Source: Dehalococcoidia bacterium (lineage in GTDB: Bacteria; Chloroflexota; Dehalococcoidia; SM23-28-2; RBG-16-64-32). From it: a stretch of DNA of 64,000 nucleotides. The stretch covers positions 960,001-1,024,000 of the forward strand of contig CAXXTF010000002.1 of assembly GCA_963665775.2 (NCBI GenBank), given 5' to 3'. The notes below the pieces were generated by a model. The model did not search any database and was not told the DNA's origin. It saw only the letters and a list, made by a program, of their open reading frames with translations. Below, piece after piece: positions 10,525 to 20,459 of this stretch; the stretch's first letter is position 1, and each line of letters opens with the position of its first letter. The position numbers and the translations under genes are program-made.

Positions 10525-11427
10525 ATGACGTCGCCAGAGAAGCGGCTGCAAGAGATTATTAGCGGCCTGTCTCCGGAGGAGAAGGCGCGGCTGGCCATCG
10601 AGGATGCCCTCCGCCAAGAGCCCGTACTCTCGCCGGGTGACTGCGACAGGATGGTGCTAGCGCTAACCCCCCAAGATGGCCGCCGCTACAACAGGGTAAT
10701 AGAGCGATACCAGTCGCTTCTGGCGAACCTGCGTCTTCTGTCGCAGCTTGTCGACGAAGCCCGTAGGCAGCTCCTACTCCGGGATCGCATCCTCTGGTTC
10801 GAGCGGGCGCTCATAGAGCAGGACGAAGCGATCGCGTTTGATCCCGGCGTAGCTGATGCACTTCTGGTGAAGAATCCTAACCTCAAGCCCGGTAAGCCCT
10901 TGACCCTCCAGCTGAGTCTGGGCACCGTCCGCCTCGGTGTCTGGGGCAAGAAGAAACGTACTCCCTATGACAAGACCAGCGGCGTTCAGCTCGATGAGCG
11001 GATGGTGGAGGCGCTGGAGCACCATATCGGGCGCGCTCGCCAGCTAGCCCGCGAGGTGAAGGCCATCTACAGCAATCTGGTTGAGGAGAGCAGGGCGATC
11101 GGGCTCGACTTCGCTGAAGAGTTCGCCACCGGTGTTGTCAGGCAGATTTCGGAGTATGATCGGCCTCTGCTGGAGGATCTGATCAGCACTAGGAATGATG
11201 GCGCTCCGGCCAGCGAAGCCTGGCACCGGGAGAGCGTATTCCCGGTGGATAAGGCCCGGGCGCTCGTATGGGAAGAGATCGAGGAGGACGCTGAAACCGC
11301 GAGGCGTATCCGTGAGGACCCGGCCGACTGGGTGCCGGCTTCATATGACCAAGAGATGCAGAACAGCGGCCAGTTGTTGGAGATCCTGAAGGGTCAGGCG
11401 AAAAGGGGGCTGGACGCCGGCGGGTGA
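10525..11427 (+). CDS. ~300-aa hypothetical protein, copy B (intact)
   Basis: Protein sequence conserved in copies A and C; operonic with the upstream genes. Confidence 0.8.
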   Translation: MTSPEKRLQEIISGLSPEEKARLAIEDALRQEPVLSPGDCDRMVLALTPQDGRRYNRVIERYQSLLANLRLLSQLVDEARRQLLLRDRILWFERALIEQDEAIAFDPGVADALLVKNPNLKPGKPLTLQLSLGTVRLGVWGKKKRTPYDKTSGVQLDERMVEALEHHIGRARQLAREVKAIYSNLVEESRAIGLDFAEEFATGVVRQISEYDRPLLEDLISTRNDGAPASEAWHRESVFPVDKARALVWEEIEEDAETARRIREDPADWVPASYDQEMQNSGQLLEILKGQAKRGLDAGG

Positions 11428-11733
11428 GTCGGGAGGTTGGACATGCCGGCACGCTCAGGCACCGCCCTCGGGACGAGATCGCTCAAGGTCCACCTTGCGC
11501 ACCAGCCATCACAACTACCGCCTCGGTTTCGCCCTCTGCTAGCCATGCTGATGGAGTTTGACGCGGGACGGAGTCAGGGATAGGATACAAGCCGTTGGGC
11601 GCATAGCACACTTCGGGGTCACGAAGTTGATATGGGGAATCCCGGCCATAGGTTCTCTGCCCAGACTGGCTTGGAGAGCCTTTAAGGCGGATAAGATAGC
11701 GCTGGCGGTGGTTCACAGACCATCGCCGGCATA

Positions 11734-12996
11734 ATGAAGGAGCGTGGCATGCATAACCTGAGCCTTACGAGGGCAGGCATGGCCCTGGTTGCCGTGATCG
11801 GGGTGGTGGCGGTGGCTCTGGTCCTGGCGGTATCCCCGGCCCGGGGCCAGGGCGACATCACCTATAACGTGACCATAGAGAATCTCACAACGGGGCAACC
11901 TTTCACACCGCCGGTAGTGGCGGCCCACTCTGACCAGGTCGACGTGTTCGAGCTGGGTCAGGCGGCCTCCCCTGAGCTGCAGGCGATAGCCGAGAACGGC
12001 AACAACGATCCCCTGGTGGCCCTGCTCGGCGGCTCCGCTGCCGTCTTCGACATGGCGACCGGCACGGGACCCGTACTCCCCGGCGAGTCGGCTACCATCA
12101 CCGTTAAGGCCCCAGAGGGAAGTCTGCTATCCGTAGCCGCGATGCTCATCTGCACGAACGACGGCTTTACCGGCGTGGACTCCTGGGCGTTGCCCGCCAG
12201 CGGGTCCGCCAGCGTCGACGCCGACGCCTACGACGCGGGCACCGAAACGAACACCGAGGACTTCGCTGATATCGTGCCCCCCTGCCAAGGGCTGATCGGC
12301 GTCTCATCCGACGACGATGGCACCGGCGTGACGAACCCGGCGCTGGCCGAGGGCGGGGTCATAGCGGCCCACTCCGGAATCCAGGGCGGCACCGACCTGA
12401 CCGTGGCCGATCACGGCTGGACCGATCCGGTCGCCAGGATCACCGTGAATGTGATGCCCTCGCAGGAGCCCGATCTGGAGGCGATCTACCGGCAATGGAT
12501 CGATGCCTTCAATGCGGGCGACGTGGCTGGGGCCCTGGAGCTTCTTACCGATGATGCCGTCCGGGAGCCTGCAGGCCCATGTGCGCTGAACCCCTGTGTC
12601 GGCAAGGAAGCCATCAAGGGGGTGTTCGAGCACCTCGTGGCGGAGAATCCTAGCTTCACCATCACCAGCATCGAGGTGTCCGACAACATCCTGACTGCCC
12701 GCTTGGAGGTAATTTCGCCCATCATTCTGTCAGCCGGGGTAGAGCGGATCATCAGGTTGGACACGGTGGAGTTTACCGGCGACAAGATGTCGTCTATCAG
12801 CTCGTTCCCTGACCTCACTGACGAGCAGACAGTCGTCTTCCAGAAGTCCCAGATGCCCCCCGGGCAACTTCCGCCCACCGGCGGCCCTCCCTCGGCCGGC
12901 GACGGCGGCTTCGCTTGGTCGTACATCCTCATCGCCGCCGGTGTCCTGGCCGTGCTGGGTGGCGGCGCGCTGATCACCCGTCGCCATCGAGCGTAA
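11734..12996 (+). CDS. Secreted Spondin_N + SnoaL-like protein with LPPTG sorting signal
   Basis: Signal peptide; YNVTIENLT..QPFTP, AMLICTNDGF, YDAGTETNTE (spondin); DAFNAGDVAGALELLTDDAV (SnoaL); LPPTG, TM helix and RRHRA tail. Confidence 0.8.
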   Translation: MKERGMHNLSLTRAGMALVAVIGVVAVALVLAVSPARGQGDITYNVTIENLTTGQPFTPPVVAAHSDQVDVFELGQAASPELQAIAENGNNDPLVALLGGSAAVFDMATGTGPVLPGESATITVKAPEGSLLSVAAMLICTNDGFTGVDSWALPASGSASVDADAYDAGTETNTEDFADIVPPCQGLIGVSSDDDGTGVTNPALAEGGVIAAHSGIQGGTDLTVADHGWTDPVARITVNVMPSQEPDLEAIYRQWIDAFNAGDVAGALELLTDDAVREPAGPCALNPCVGKEAIKGVFEHLVAENPSFTITSIEVSDNILTARLEVISPIILSAGVERIIRLDTVEFTGDKMSSISSFPDLTDEQTVVFQKSQMPPGQLPPTGGPPSAGDGGFAWSYILIAAGVLAVLGGGALITRRHRA

Positions 12997-13184
12997 CGCC
13001 AGTCGCGGCGGTGCAAATAGCGGGGGCGGCCCGTCTCGGGGCCGCCCCTGGCGTTATGGGGGCGGCCCGCTGCCGTTGTCAGGCCGCCGGCCACAGCCCT
13101 CGCAGCTCTCGCAGCTCTCGTACCATCTCCCGCCGCCAGATCGCCCACATGGGGCGTCCGGCAAGTGGCCGGGAGCGCGTCGAT

Positions 13185-13204
13185 GCACTATGAGTTAATA
13201 GCGT
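13185..13204 (+). repeat. Boundary palindrome site 1
   Basis: GCACTAT-gagtta-ATAGCGT, between convergent gene ends. Confidence 0.8.
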
Positions 13205-13305
13205 CTCACAAGTGCTGTTCGCATGGACTGTACGATGCGCTGAAGGATGCCGGGCCCGTTACCACCGAGGGCGTCGCCTGTTCGGCGCGACCGGTTGCCC
13301 GCGCA

Positions 13306-14856
13306 TCACTCCCCATCCCCCAACGCCAGCGACAGCAACACTGGCGGGTTGGCGAACCCAACCGGAATCACCATCCGGTCGTCCACAATCGCCAGCCAGC
13401 CGTTAATGCCTCCAGGCGCCTCGTAGGACCAGACCTCCATGCCCGTAGCGCGGTCGAACGCCAGGATCACACCGCTCAGCATCGACGTGAACACCAGATC
13501 GTTGACGATTGTCGCTCCCCCGAAGCTGTCCCCAGGAAGTGACACGTCCCACAGGATCTCCCCGCTCGCCGCATCGATCGCAACCAGTTGGCTATCGAAC
13601 GAGCCGAGCCTGACCGCGTTACCGGTGCTCGATTCCTCCGGCCCCGCGTACATGATCGGGGCGTTCACCACGGACACGAACACAACGCCGTCCGCAACAA
13701 CGATTGGCGTTACCACCCCTCCCACAGCTCCCGGCATTACGTCTAGCGCGCCTTCGAAGGTGTCGAGGTCGTCGTTCATATGCATTCCGACCGGTGTGTC
13801 CCACAGCACCGTGCCATCCGGATCGAGGCCGATGACCCGCGCGAGCTTGCCGGTGCTGATGATCACCTGTTCGCCGTCGGGCAGGTTAACGACCGCGGTC
13901 AACACCGTGTCGCGGTCGAAGATGTCGTGCGGAACCGCCTGGTGTCCCCACCTCAGTTGGCCGGTGTGGAGGTCGACGGCCAGAATTGAATCCGTCCATC
14001 GGTTGTCGCCGGGCCGGCTGGAGCCGTTCGGGAAGCCAGACGCGCCGGGGAACGGGTACGGGTTTGACGTTCCCCAGTACGAAACGCCAGCTTCGATGTC
14101 GACTGCCGGAGTATACCAGGCCCCGCCGCCGCTGTTAAGTTCCGGGTTGCCCCAGAGGTCGTCCGACTCGATGGTGTCGAACGACCACACGACCGCGCCG
14201 GTCTCCTGGTCGAGCGCGAACAGCGTGCCACGGCCGCCCGGAATAGATAGCGATGATGTCGCGGCCAGGACCAGCCCGTCCGCTACCGTTGGCTGGATGT
14301 TGATCGCCCCGCCGCTCAATAGTAGGCCCGTCGCCCACAGCTCTTCGCCCGTCGTCGCGTCGTAAGCCGCGATCTCGCTGCCTCTCTTGTTCGCGAACAC
14401 CCTGCCGGAAGCGACGGCGACGCCGCTCGGCCCGAAAACCGGGCCGTCGACTTTGACCATCCATAGCCGTTCCCCGGTCGCCAGGTCAACGGCGTGCACG
14501 TTGGTCAGGAGATCGCCGAGGTAGACGACGCCGTCGATAATGACCGGCGTGGTCGCGGCCGCGCCGGATCCCCCGCCGAAGCGCAGCTCGTATCTCCATG
14601 CCTCGGTCAGCCGGTCAACGTTGCTGGAGTCGATAGTAGAGTCGAACGTAGCGCGAGTGTTCGCGTGGTCGTAGTTCGGCAGCGGCCAGTCGAACTCGAA
14701 CTCGGTCAGCCCTATCGGCGACGGTCGAGGCGTAGGCTCGCCGTCACTTTTGCTGTCACCGTCGGAGCACGCAGCCGCTGCCAAAACCACAATCGCAATC
14801 GCTGCTCTGGGGCAAAAGGCAAAGAATCGGCGGGCATTGTTAAATTTCCGAGTCAC
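13306..14856 (-). CDS. PQQ-binding-like beta-propeller lipoprotein (PVA/quinoprotein dehydrogenase-like)
   Basis: LAAAAC lipobox; repeated AxDxxTGxxxW; GGGAWYTPAVD, WGTSNP, HDIFDRD; start uncertain. Confidence 0.8.
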   Translation of the reverse strand: MTRKFNNARRFFAFCPRAAIAIVVLAAAACSDGDSKSDGEPTPRPSPIGLTEFEFDWPLPNYDHANTRATFDSTIDSSNVDRLTEAWRYELRFGGGSGAAATTPVIIDGVVYLGDLLTNVHAVDLATGERLWMVKVDGPVFGPSGVAVASGRVFANKRGSEIAAYDATTGEELWATGLLLSGGAINIQPTVADGLVLAATSSLSIPGGRGTLFALDQETGAVVWSFDTIESDDLWGNPELNSGGGAWYTPAVDIEAGVSYWGTSNPYPFPGASGFPNGSSRPGDNRWTDSILAVDLHTGQLRWGHQAVPHDIFDRDTVLTAVVNLPDGEQVIISTGKLARVIGLDPDGTVLWDTPVGMHMNDDLDTFEGALDVMPGAVGGVVTPIVVADGVVFVSVVNAPIMYAGPEESSTGNAVRLGSFDSQLVAIDAASGEILWDVSLPGDSFGGATIVNDLVFTSMLSGVILAFDRATGMEVWSYEAPGGINGWLAIVDDRMVIPVGFANPPVLLSLALGDGE

Positions 14857-15101
14857 ACGGAACCGCCGCAGCGTTAGTGGAGCGGACTCGGAGTCACCAC
14901 CGGTGGTGGATGTGCACGGCCTCCTGCGGTGAGGGCTTAAGACTCGCATCCCCTGTACTATACGGTATTGACCCTCGGGCCCGAACTTGCGACGCGCGAT
15001 TCGGCTTCACGCGAGAGAGCGGCCGAAGTGTCCATTAGAAAACGGGCCGAAAAGTCCGAAAGTCGCTGAAGACTGTCACACTCATGGCTCACCTTCGTTC
15101 G

Positions 15102-15314
15102 TTAGTTGGTGAAGATGTCGATGACGTCCGCGACGCGCCCACCGGACTTCAGTCTGTACATTTCGGTATAACCGCAATTGCTGCAGGTTATGGTCCCGAA
15201 CTTCTTGTTCTGCAGGTTGAGGAATCTGCTGAGACCAGACCCGGTCGTGCGGATTTCCTCGGTCTCGTATTTCGTCAAACCGCACTTCGCGCAGGCGAAC
15301 TCTCGTTGTGCCAT
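15102..15314 (-). CDS. Zinc-ribbon protein (DUF2082-like)
   Basis: CAKCG...QNKKF..ITCSNCGYTEMY; GGAGG RBS before MAQREF. Confidence 0.8.
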   Translation of the reverse strand: MAQREFACAKCGLTKYETEEIRTTGSGLSRFLNLQNKKFGTITCSNCGYTEMYRLKSGGRVADVIDIFTN

Positions 15315-15682
15315 TGCCCCTGCCCTCCTCAGGTATCGGTGCGGCATATGCGCCGCGCTTGGTTATGGTCGTGTGAATCTAAATTTCCGATTTCAGCCTG
15401 ATGACGCCGAAATGGTGGCCATCCAATCGACCCGCATGCTACGCTCGGCTCCACCTAGGGTCAACCCTCTTCTCTTTGCCAATGAATGGGTGCTCTGGCC
15501 ATCTTCGGAACACACGCCTTTGGGTTCTCGCGAAACCCGTCCGAGCAAGCCGCCATCGCCGTGGTGAGGACGAAGGAGACCACCTTCCACGTATCTACTG
15601 GTGACGCGCCCGCAGGATCGGAAGCGGTGGCTACACCGGAAAGAGGGCTCACCTGGCCGATGGACTACACGGACGCAGCGGC

Positions 15683-15702
15683 ACGCTATGGCTGAATAGT
15701 GT
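15683..15702 (+). repeat. Boundary palindrome site 2
   Basis: ACGCTAT-ggctga-ATAGTGT. Confidence 0.8.
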
Positions 15703-16033
15703 GCGTTTGATTCAGACCGCGCCCCTGCCAGCGCGGAAGACCTCAGCGAGAAACAGGGGTCATTTGACTCATTTCGATCCGCGTAGACGGGGATCGAGCA
15801 CGTCCCGCAGGGATCCGTTGCGAGAGGGGCTGCGATTAGAGCCGGTCTAACGCGCTCTGCTTATTCTGCCCCTGGGCTGAGCCGTTGTCCTGGTCTGTGG
15901 CGGGAGTCTGACGGTGGGCCAACAGATGAAGTGAGCGCATCACCCGGGTCACCATCCGATTAGTATAGAGTGTGAGTGCCCGGCCGAAGAGTTCGGGTTG
16001 CTGGCGACAGACTGTAGGGAGTAAGGTGCGTTT

Positions 16034-17170
16034 ATGAAGCGGTGCCTTGCCTGCCTGGCTCTATCTATGGTCGCCATGTTTGGGCTGGCCTGCGGTCAGC
16101 AAGACGAGACCGGCCCTGCGACGATCAGTCCCAGCGCACCTCCGGCAGCCACTCCCGAGGCCACCGCGACCCCAGCGCGATCGCCGACGGAACGGCCCAC
16201 AGCCAGCGCGACGGGGCCGGCAACCGACGAATCGCCGGTCGCGAGCCCGGCCGCGCTGCGATGGAGTGAACTGGCGCCGTCGGGGCCCACACCGCCCGCT
16301 CGGCGCGACCACACTCTCGTGACGGATGGAGAAAGGGTCTTCCTCTTCGGTGGTCGCGGGCTGGCGATATTTGGCGACACGTGGGAGTTCGATACGGCAA
16401 GCGGCTCCTGGAGCGAGATCAGCTCAGCACAGGGACCGCCGGCCCGGTTCGGACACAACGCCTTCTACGACCCGGCCGGCCGGCGGATGCTGGTTTTCGG
16501 CGGGCAAGCGGGTAGCAGCTTCTTCAATGACGTCTGGGCGCTGGACGTGAACACAGGCGAGTGGACGGAGCTGGCCGGCGAGGAGGACCTGCCAGCGCCC
16601 CGCTACGGCGCGGCCGGCGCGGTGGATTCAGGAGGCCGCTTCTTGCTCTCCCATGGCTTCACCAACGGGGGCCGGTTTGACGACACGTGGCGATATACCT
16701 TGGCCGACGATTCATGGTCTGATGTATCGGCCGAGGGCGAGCGGCCAGTGGAGCGCTGCCTTATGCGTGCGGTTTGGGACTCTGGGAGCGAGCGCCTCCT
16801 CATGTTCGGCGGTCAGACCACGGGGCGACCGTTTCTGGGCGACCTATGGGAGTTCGCCGACGGAGAGTGGCGAGATCTGAGCACGACCATCGGCCCGTCA
16901 CCACGAAACTTCTACGCAATGGCGTTTGACGCCGATGCTGGACGAGTGGTGCTATACGGTGGCAACACGCAGGATGGGCCGGTAAGTGACGTCTGGTTCT
17001 TTGATTCGGCAAGCGACAGTTGGGCCCAATCGGCGGTGGACGGGGAAGGGCCGTCACCGCGATTCGGGCACGATGCCGTGTGGCTCCCCGATGGCATCAT
17101 GTTCATCTTCGGCGGTCGTGATGACTCCGGGGAGCTGAACGATATCTGGGAGCTGGAGATCGTTCTGTGA
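16034..17170 (+). CDS. Kelch-repeat lipoprotein
   Basis: GLAC lipobox, Pro/Thr linker, repeated PxxRxxH...FGG...DxW. Confidence 0.9.
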   Translation: MKRCLACLALSMVAMFGLACGQQDETGPATISPSAPPAATPEATATPARSPTERPTASATGPATDESPVASPAALRWSELAPSGPTPPARRDHTLVTDGERVFLFGGRGLAIFGDTWEFDTASGSWSEISSAQGPPARFGHNAFYDPAGRRMLVFGGQAGSSFFNDVWALDVNTGEWTELAGEEDLPAPRYGAAGAVDSGGRFLLSHGFTNGGRFDDTWRYTLADDSWSDVSAEGERPVERCLMRAVWDSGSERLLMFGGQTTGRPFLGDLWEFADGEWRDLSTTIGPSPRNFYAMAFDADAGRVVLYGGNTQDGPVSDVWFFDSASDSWAQSAVDGEGPSPRFGHDAVWLPDGIMFIFGGRDDSGELNDIWELEIVL

Positions 17171-17216
17171 GGTTGAGCCTACTACGGTACGCAAGCCCAG
17201 GGCTGTAACGCGCCTG

Positions 17217-17236
17217 ACACTAAGTGTCGATAGTGG
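17217..17236 (+). repeat. Boundary palindrome site 3
   Basis: ACACTAA-gtgtcg-ATAGTGG. Confidence 0.75.
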
Positions 17237-17371
17237 CGATTATGACAGGAGGCTCCGCGTCGAGATCATCAGGGCCTAGAGTGGCTGCGATAAGCGAATG
17301 CAGAGAGTGGAACTGCCAAGCGACACTTTTCGGCTGCACACCAGAGGTGACTCCGGATAACGCCGCATCTG

Positions 17372-17395
17372 ACCGTCGTGGCGACGGTGTATAAT
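17372..17395 (+). promoter_or_regulatory. Putative thiolase promoter with palindromic operator
   Basis: ACCGTCG-tgg-CGACGGT immediately before TATAAT (17390-17395). Confidence 0.45.
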
Positions 17396-17463
17396 CGGGC
17401 CACTGAGATCTTGGCCGCTAGTGTCGGCCAGGAACGCGGGGAAAGACTAAAAGGGAGGCTTTA

Positions 17464-18687
17464 ATGGGATCTCTCACCAGGAAAGCGGCCATCGTCGGTG
17501 CGTATGAACACCCGTTACGGGTAGCCCCTGGCTACACGGAGATGGGGATTGAGATGGAGTGCGCCAAGGCGGCGCTGGAGGACGCCGGCCTAAACTTTGA
17601 GGATGTGGACGGCTTCTTCGGGGTCACTGCACCGGTGGAGAACATGAGCGCCGCTACCTATTGCGACTATCTGAACATTCACCCCCGGATCGTCGGCGAC
17701 ACAAGTATAGGGGGCGCTACGTTCCTCCGGTTTGTGCTGGAGGCGGCGTCCTTCATCAACGCCGGCCTGATGAACGTGGGGCTCATCACCTACTCCCAGC
17801 TCCTCGTCAGCCGGGGTTGGGGTCTCTTTCGGCCTATCTCCTTCGGCGGTACCGGCGGCTCGAAGCGACCACGTAGTGCCTCGGCGATCAGGGCGGCAGC
17901 TCGCCCCGCTCCCTCGTGGACCGAGGCTTTCTCCGCCCCCTACGGTCTGGTGGGGGTAGCCGGCTACGGCCAGGTGGCGCAGCGCCACATGCACGAGTAC
18001 GGCACGACCAGCGAGCAGTTGGCGGAGATCGCCGTGGCCACCCGCTACAACGCCTCCTTCAATCCCCAGGCCAAGTACCAGAGCCCGATCACGGTGGAGG
18101 ATGTGGTAGACTCGCGGCTGATCTGCTCGCCCCTGCACCTGTTGGACTGCTGCGTTGTCACCGATGGCGCTGGTGCCGTAGTGGTGGCCAGCCCGGAGGT
18201 AGCGCGGGGCTGTAAGCAGCCGCCGGCATGGGTGTTGGGTGGGGCGATGGCGATCGGGCACCGCGACGCCGGCTATCGGGACTACGGGCGGATCGCCGCC
18301 GCCGAATCGGGCCCCCGGGCCTTTGCCGACGTTGGGCTCAGCCAAGACGACATCGACCTATGCATGCTGTACGACTCCTACACGATCACCGTCCTGACCA
18401 CGCTGGAGGGGCTGGGGTTCTGCGAGATCGGCGAGGGCGGGCCCTTCGTGGCCAGCAAGAACATGCGGTTCGACGGGGACTTTCCACTTAACACCGATGG
18501 TGGCGGGCTCTCCTCCAACCATCCGGGGGCCAGGGGGATGTTTCTGTTGATCGAGGCCACCCGGCAGTTGCGGGGCAACCAGGGGAAGAGCCAGGTGAAG
18601 GACTGCAAGATAGCCCTGTGCCACGGCACCGGTGGAACGATAGGAACCATACATAGCGGGGCCACCGTGTTCCTGGCCAAAGACTAA
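17464..18687 (+). CDS. Thiolase family protein (SCP2-thiolase-like)
   Basis: PLHLLDCCVVTDGAGAVVV, LYDSYT, PLNTDGGGLS..HPG. Confidence 0.9.
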   Translation: MGSLTRKAAIVGAYEHPLRVAPGYTEMGIEMECAKAALEDAGLNFEDVDGFFGVTAPVENMSAATYCDYLNIHPRIVGDTSIGGATFLRFVLEAASFINAGLMNVGLITYSQLLVSRGWGLFRPISFGGTGGSKRPRSASAIRAAARPAPSWTEAFSAPYGLVGVAGYGQVAQRHMHEYGTTSEQLAEIAVATRYNASFNPQAKYQSPITVEDVVDSRLICSPLHLLDCCVVTDGAGAVVVASPEVARGCKQPPAWVLGGAMAIGHRDAGYRDYGRIAAAESGPRAFADVGLSQDDIDLCMLYDSYTITVLTTLEGLGFCEIGEGGPFVASKNMRFDGDFPLNTDGGGLSSNHPGARGMFLLIEATRQLRGNQGKSQVKDCKIALCHGTGGTIGTIHSGATVFLAKD

Positions 18688-18769
18688 GTCACCCTGATTG
18701 CGCTTCAGGCACGGAAGTGCGCCAAATGACCGCCCAGGGATTAGGACGGTCGCGGCCTTGAACCGCCGA

Positions 18770-18789
18770 ACACTATGACTTCATCGTGT
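18770..18789 (+). repeat. Boundary palindrome site 4
   Basis: ACACTAT-gacttc-ATCGTGT. Confidence 0.8.
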
Positions 18790-19017
18790 ACCCTGGCAGC
18801 CATACTGGCCTTGACAACCCGTCACGAATCGGAGCTGTGTGTCTAGGCAGATAACTTTACCCAAGAGTTTGGGTTGTGGCCTATTCCGACCCTCATTGCG
18901 AGGCGCTGAAGGGAGTACTATAATCCTTTCTCACTAGCGTGGCGGCAGGGGCTTGAGGGGGAGGACCACGCCGCCCTTCAGGGTCCGTCGGATCTGGACG
19001 GCGGAAGGGAGATCGCT

Positions 19018-19755
19018 GTGATCAGAGTTCGTCGCAATAGTGAAATCTACGAAGTCGTGGGCGACTGGTATCACGCCCGCTGGCACTTTTCGTTTGAGAC
19101 GTACAACGATCCCGAGAATGAAAGCTTTGGGGCTATGCGCGTGTTCAACGACGACCGCCTGACCCCCGGTGCCATCTGGCCGCTTCACCCACACCGTGAC
19201 GTCGAAGGGCTCACCTATGTCGTGGAAGGCACGTTCGGACACGAGGACAACGTCGGAGGCTCATATGGACCACTACCGGCCGGGTCGGTGCAACGCATGA
19301 CGCTGGGCTCAGGGGCGCTCCACTCCGAGCAGAACGCGTCGAAAGACGAACCGATGCGATTCGTCCAGATCTGGATCCTCCCAGACACACCTGACCTCAA
19401 GCCAGGAGTCGAGCAGCGTGTCTTTACGCTCGAGGACCGCACCAACAGGCTCCTGAAGGTCATCGGTCCCGAAGGAGGCGACAGTGTCCGGCTTCATCAG
19501 GACGCGTCCGTCCACATCGCTTCGCTGGAGCCAGGCGTTGAGGTCACGCACGAGATTAGCACGCGCCGTGGCGTGTATGCATATCTGATCGATGGCGCGG
19601 CCCGGTTCTTCGAAGAGCACCTGCATACTGGCGACGCGGCCAAGGTGACGGACGAACCCGATCTTCGCATCCGTGCGGTTAATCGGAGCGAGCTCATCCT
19701 TGTGGATGTGCCAATGCAGTTCAAACCAGTGGGGATATGGAAGGGCCGAATCTGA
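19018..19755 (+). CDS. Pirin family protein
   Basis: HFSF..Y.DP, RVFNDD, HPHRDVE, HSE.N, QIWILP; TATAAT at 18919 upstream. Confidence 0.9.
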   Translation: MIRVRRNSEIYEVVGDWYHARWHFSFETYNDPENESFGAMRVFNDDRLTPGAIWPLHPHRDVEGLTYVVEGTFGHEDNVGGSYGPLPAGSVQRMTLGSGALHSEQNASKDEPMRFVQIWILPDTPDLKPGVEQRVFTLEDRTNRLLKVIGPEGGDSVRLHQDASVHIASLEPGVEVTHEISTRRGVYAYLIDGAARFFEEHLHTGDAAKVTDEPDLRIRAVNRSELILVDVPMQFKPVGIWKGRI

Positions 19756-19767
19756 AAGGAGCATATT

Positions 19768-20313
19768 ATGAGTGACTTGGACACCAAGGAGTCCGCCACT
19801 TTCGTTCGGGTTACGCGATTGAATCACGCCGTCCTATACGTTCGGGACCTGAACCGGTCGGTGGAATTCTACCAGCTAGCCTTCGGATTCCAAGAGATCG
19901 CCCGCGAAGCGGGGAAGATGGCCTTCCTGCGCTCCCGCGGATCCAGCAACCACCATGACCTTGGGCTTCTGGAGGTGGGACCGACGGCCGCGCAGCCGGC
20001 GCCCGGATCTACCGGACTCTACCATCTGGCCTGGGAAGTGGCCAAGATTGAGGATCTGGCCGAGGCTGCCTCCCTGCTGGCCGATCTAGGTGCGCTCACT
20101 GGCCAGAGCGATCACGGGGCTACCAAGTCGCTCTATGGGCGCGATCCCGATGGCAATGAGTTCGAGGTAATGTGGATGGTTCCCCGGGACCGATGGGGCG
20201 AATTCGATAGCCGCGCCGTGGTGGCCCCCCTCGACCTCAGACACGAACTAACTCGCTTCGGCAGTGTCCAACGGGACAACGAGCAGGCAGCGCGCCGCGC
20301 CAGCAGAGATTAG
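19768..20313 (+). CDS. VOC/glyoxalase family protein
   Basis: LNHAVLYVRDL, HHDLGL, GLYHLAW, SLYGRDPDGNEFE. Confidence 0.9.
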   Translation: MSDLDTKESATFVRVTRLNHAVLYVRDLNRSVEFYQLAFGFQEIAREAGKMAFLRSRGSSNHHDLGLLEVGPTAAQPAPGSTGLYHLAWEVAKIEDLAEAASLLADLGALTGQSDHGATKSLYGRDPDGNEFEVMWMVPRDRWGEFDSRAVVAPLDLRHELTRFGSVQRDNEQAARRASRD

Positions 20314-20366
20314 CCAAATACCCTTCGTTCATGTCACCGAGCGCCTTATCAGACGGTTGGGCGACC

Positions 20367-20386
20367 ACACTAAGTCCGCATAGCCT
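20367..20386 (+). repeat. Boundary palindrome site 5
   Basis: ACACTAA-gtccgc-ATAGCCT. Confidence 0.65.
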
Positions 20387-20459
20387 CCCCCCAGATATGT
20401 TATTCTCCACCCCAGACGTTTCCATCAATATGATGACATGAAGATTAGGGTGACATCCC

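Noticed and set aside
15700-15960. Possible structured RNA upstream of the Kelch gene
   Set aside because: Only short hairpins are present, with no recognisable riboswitch consensus.
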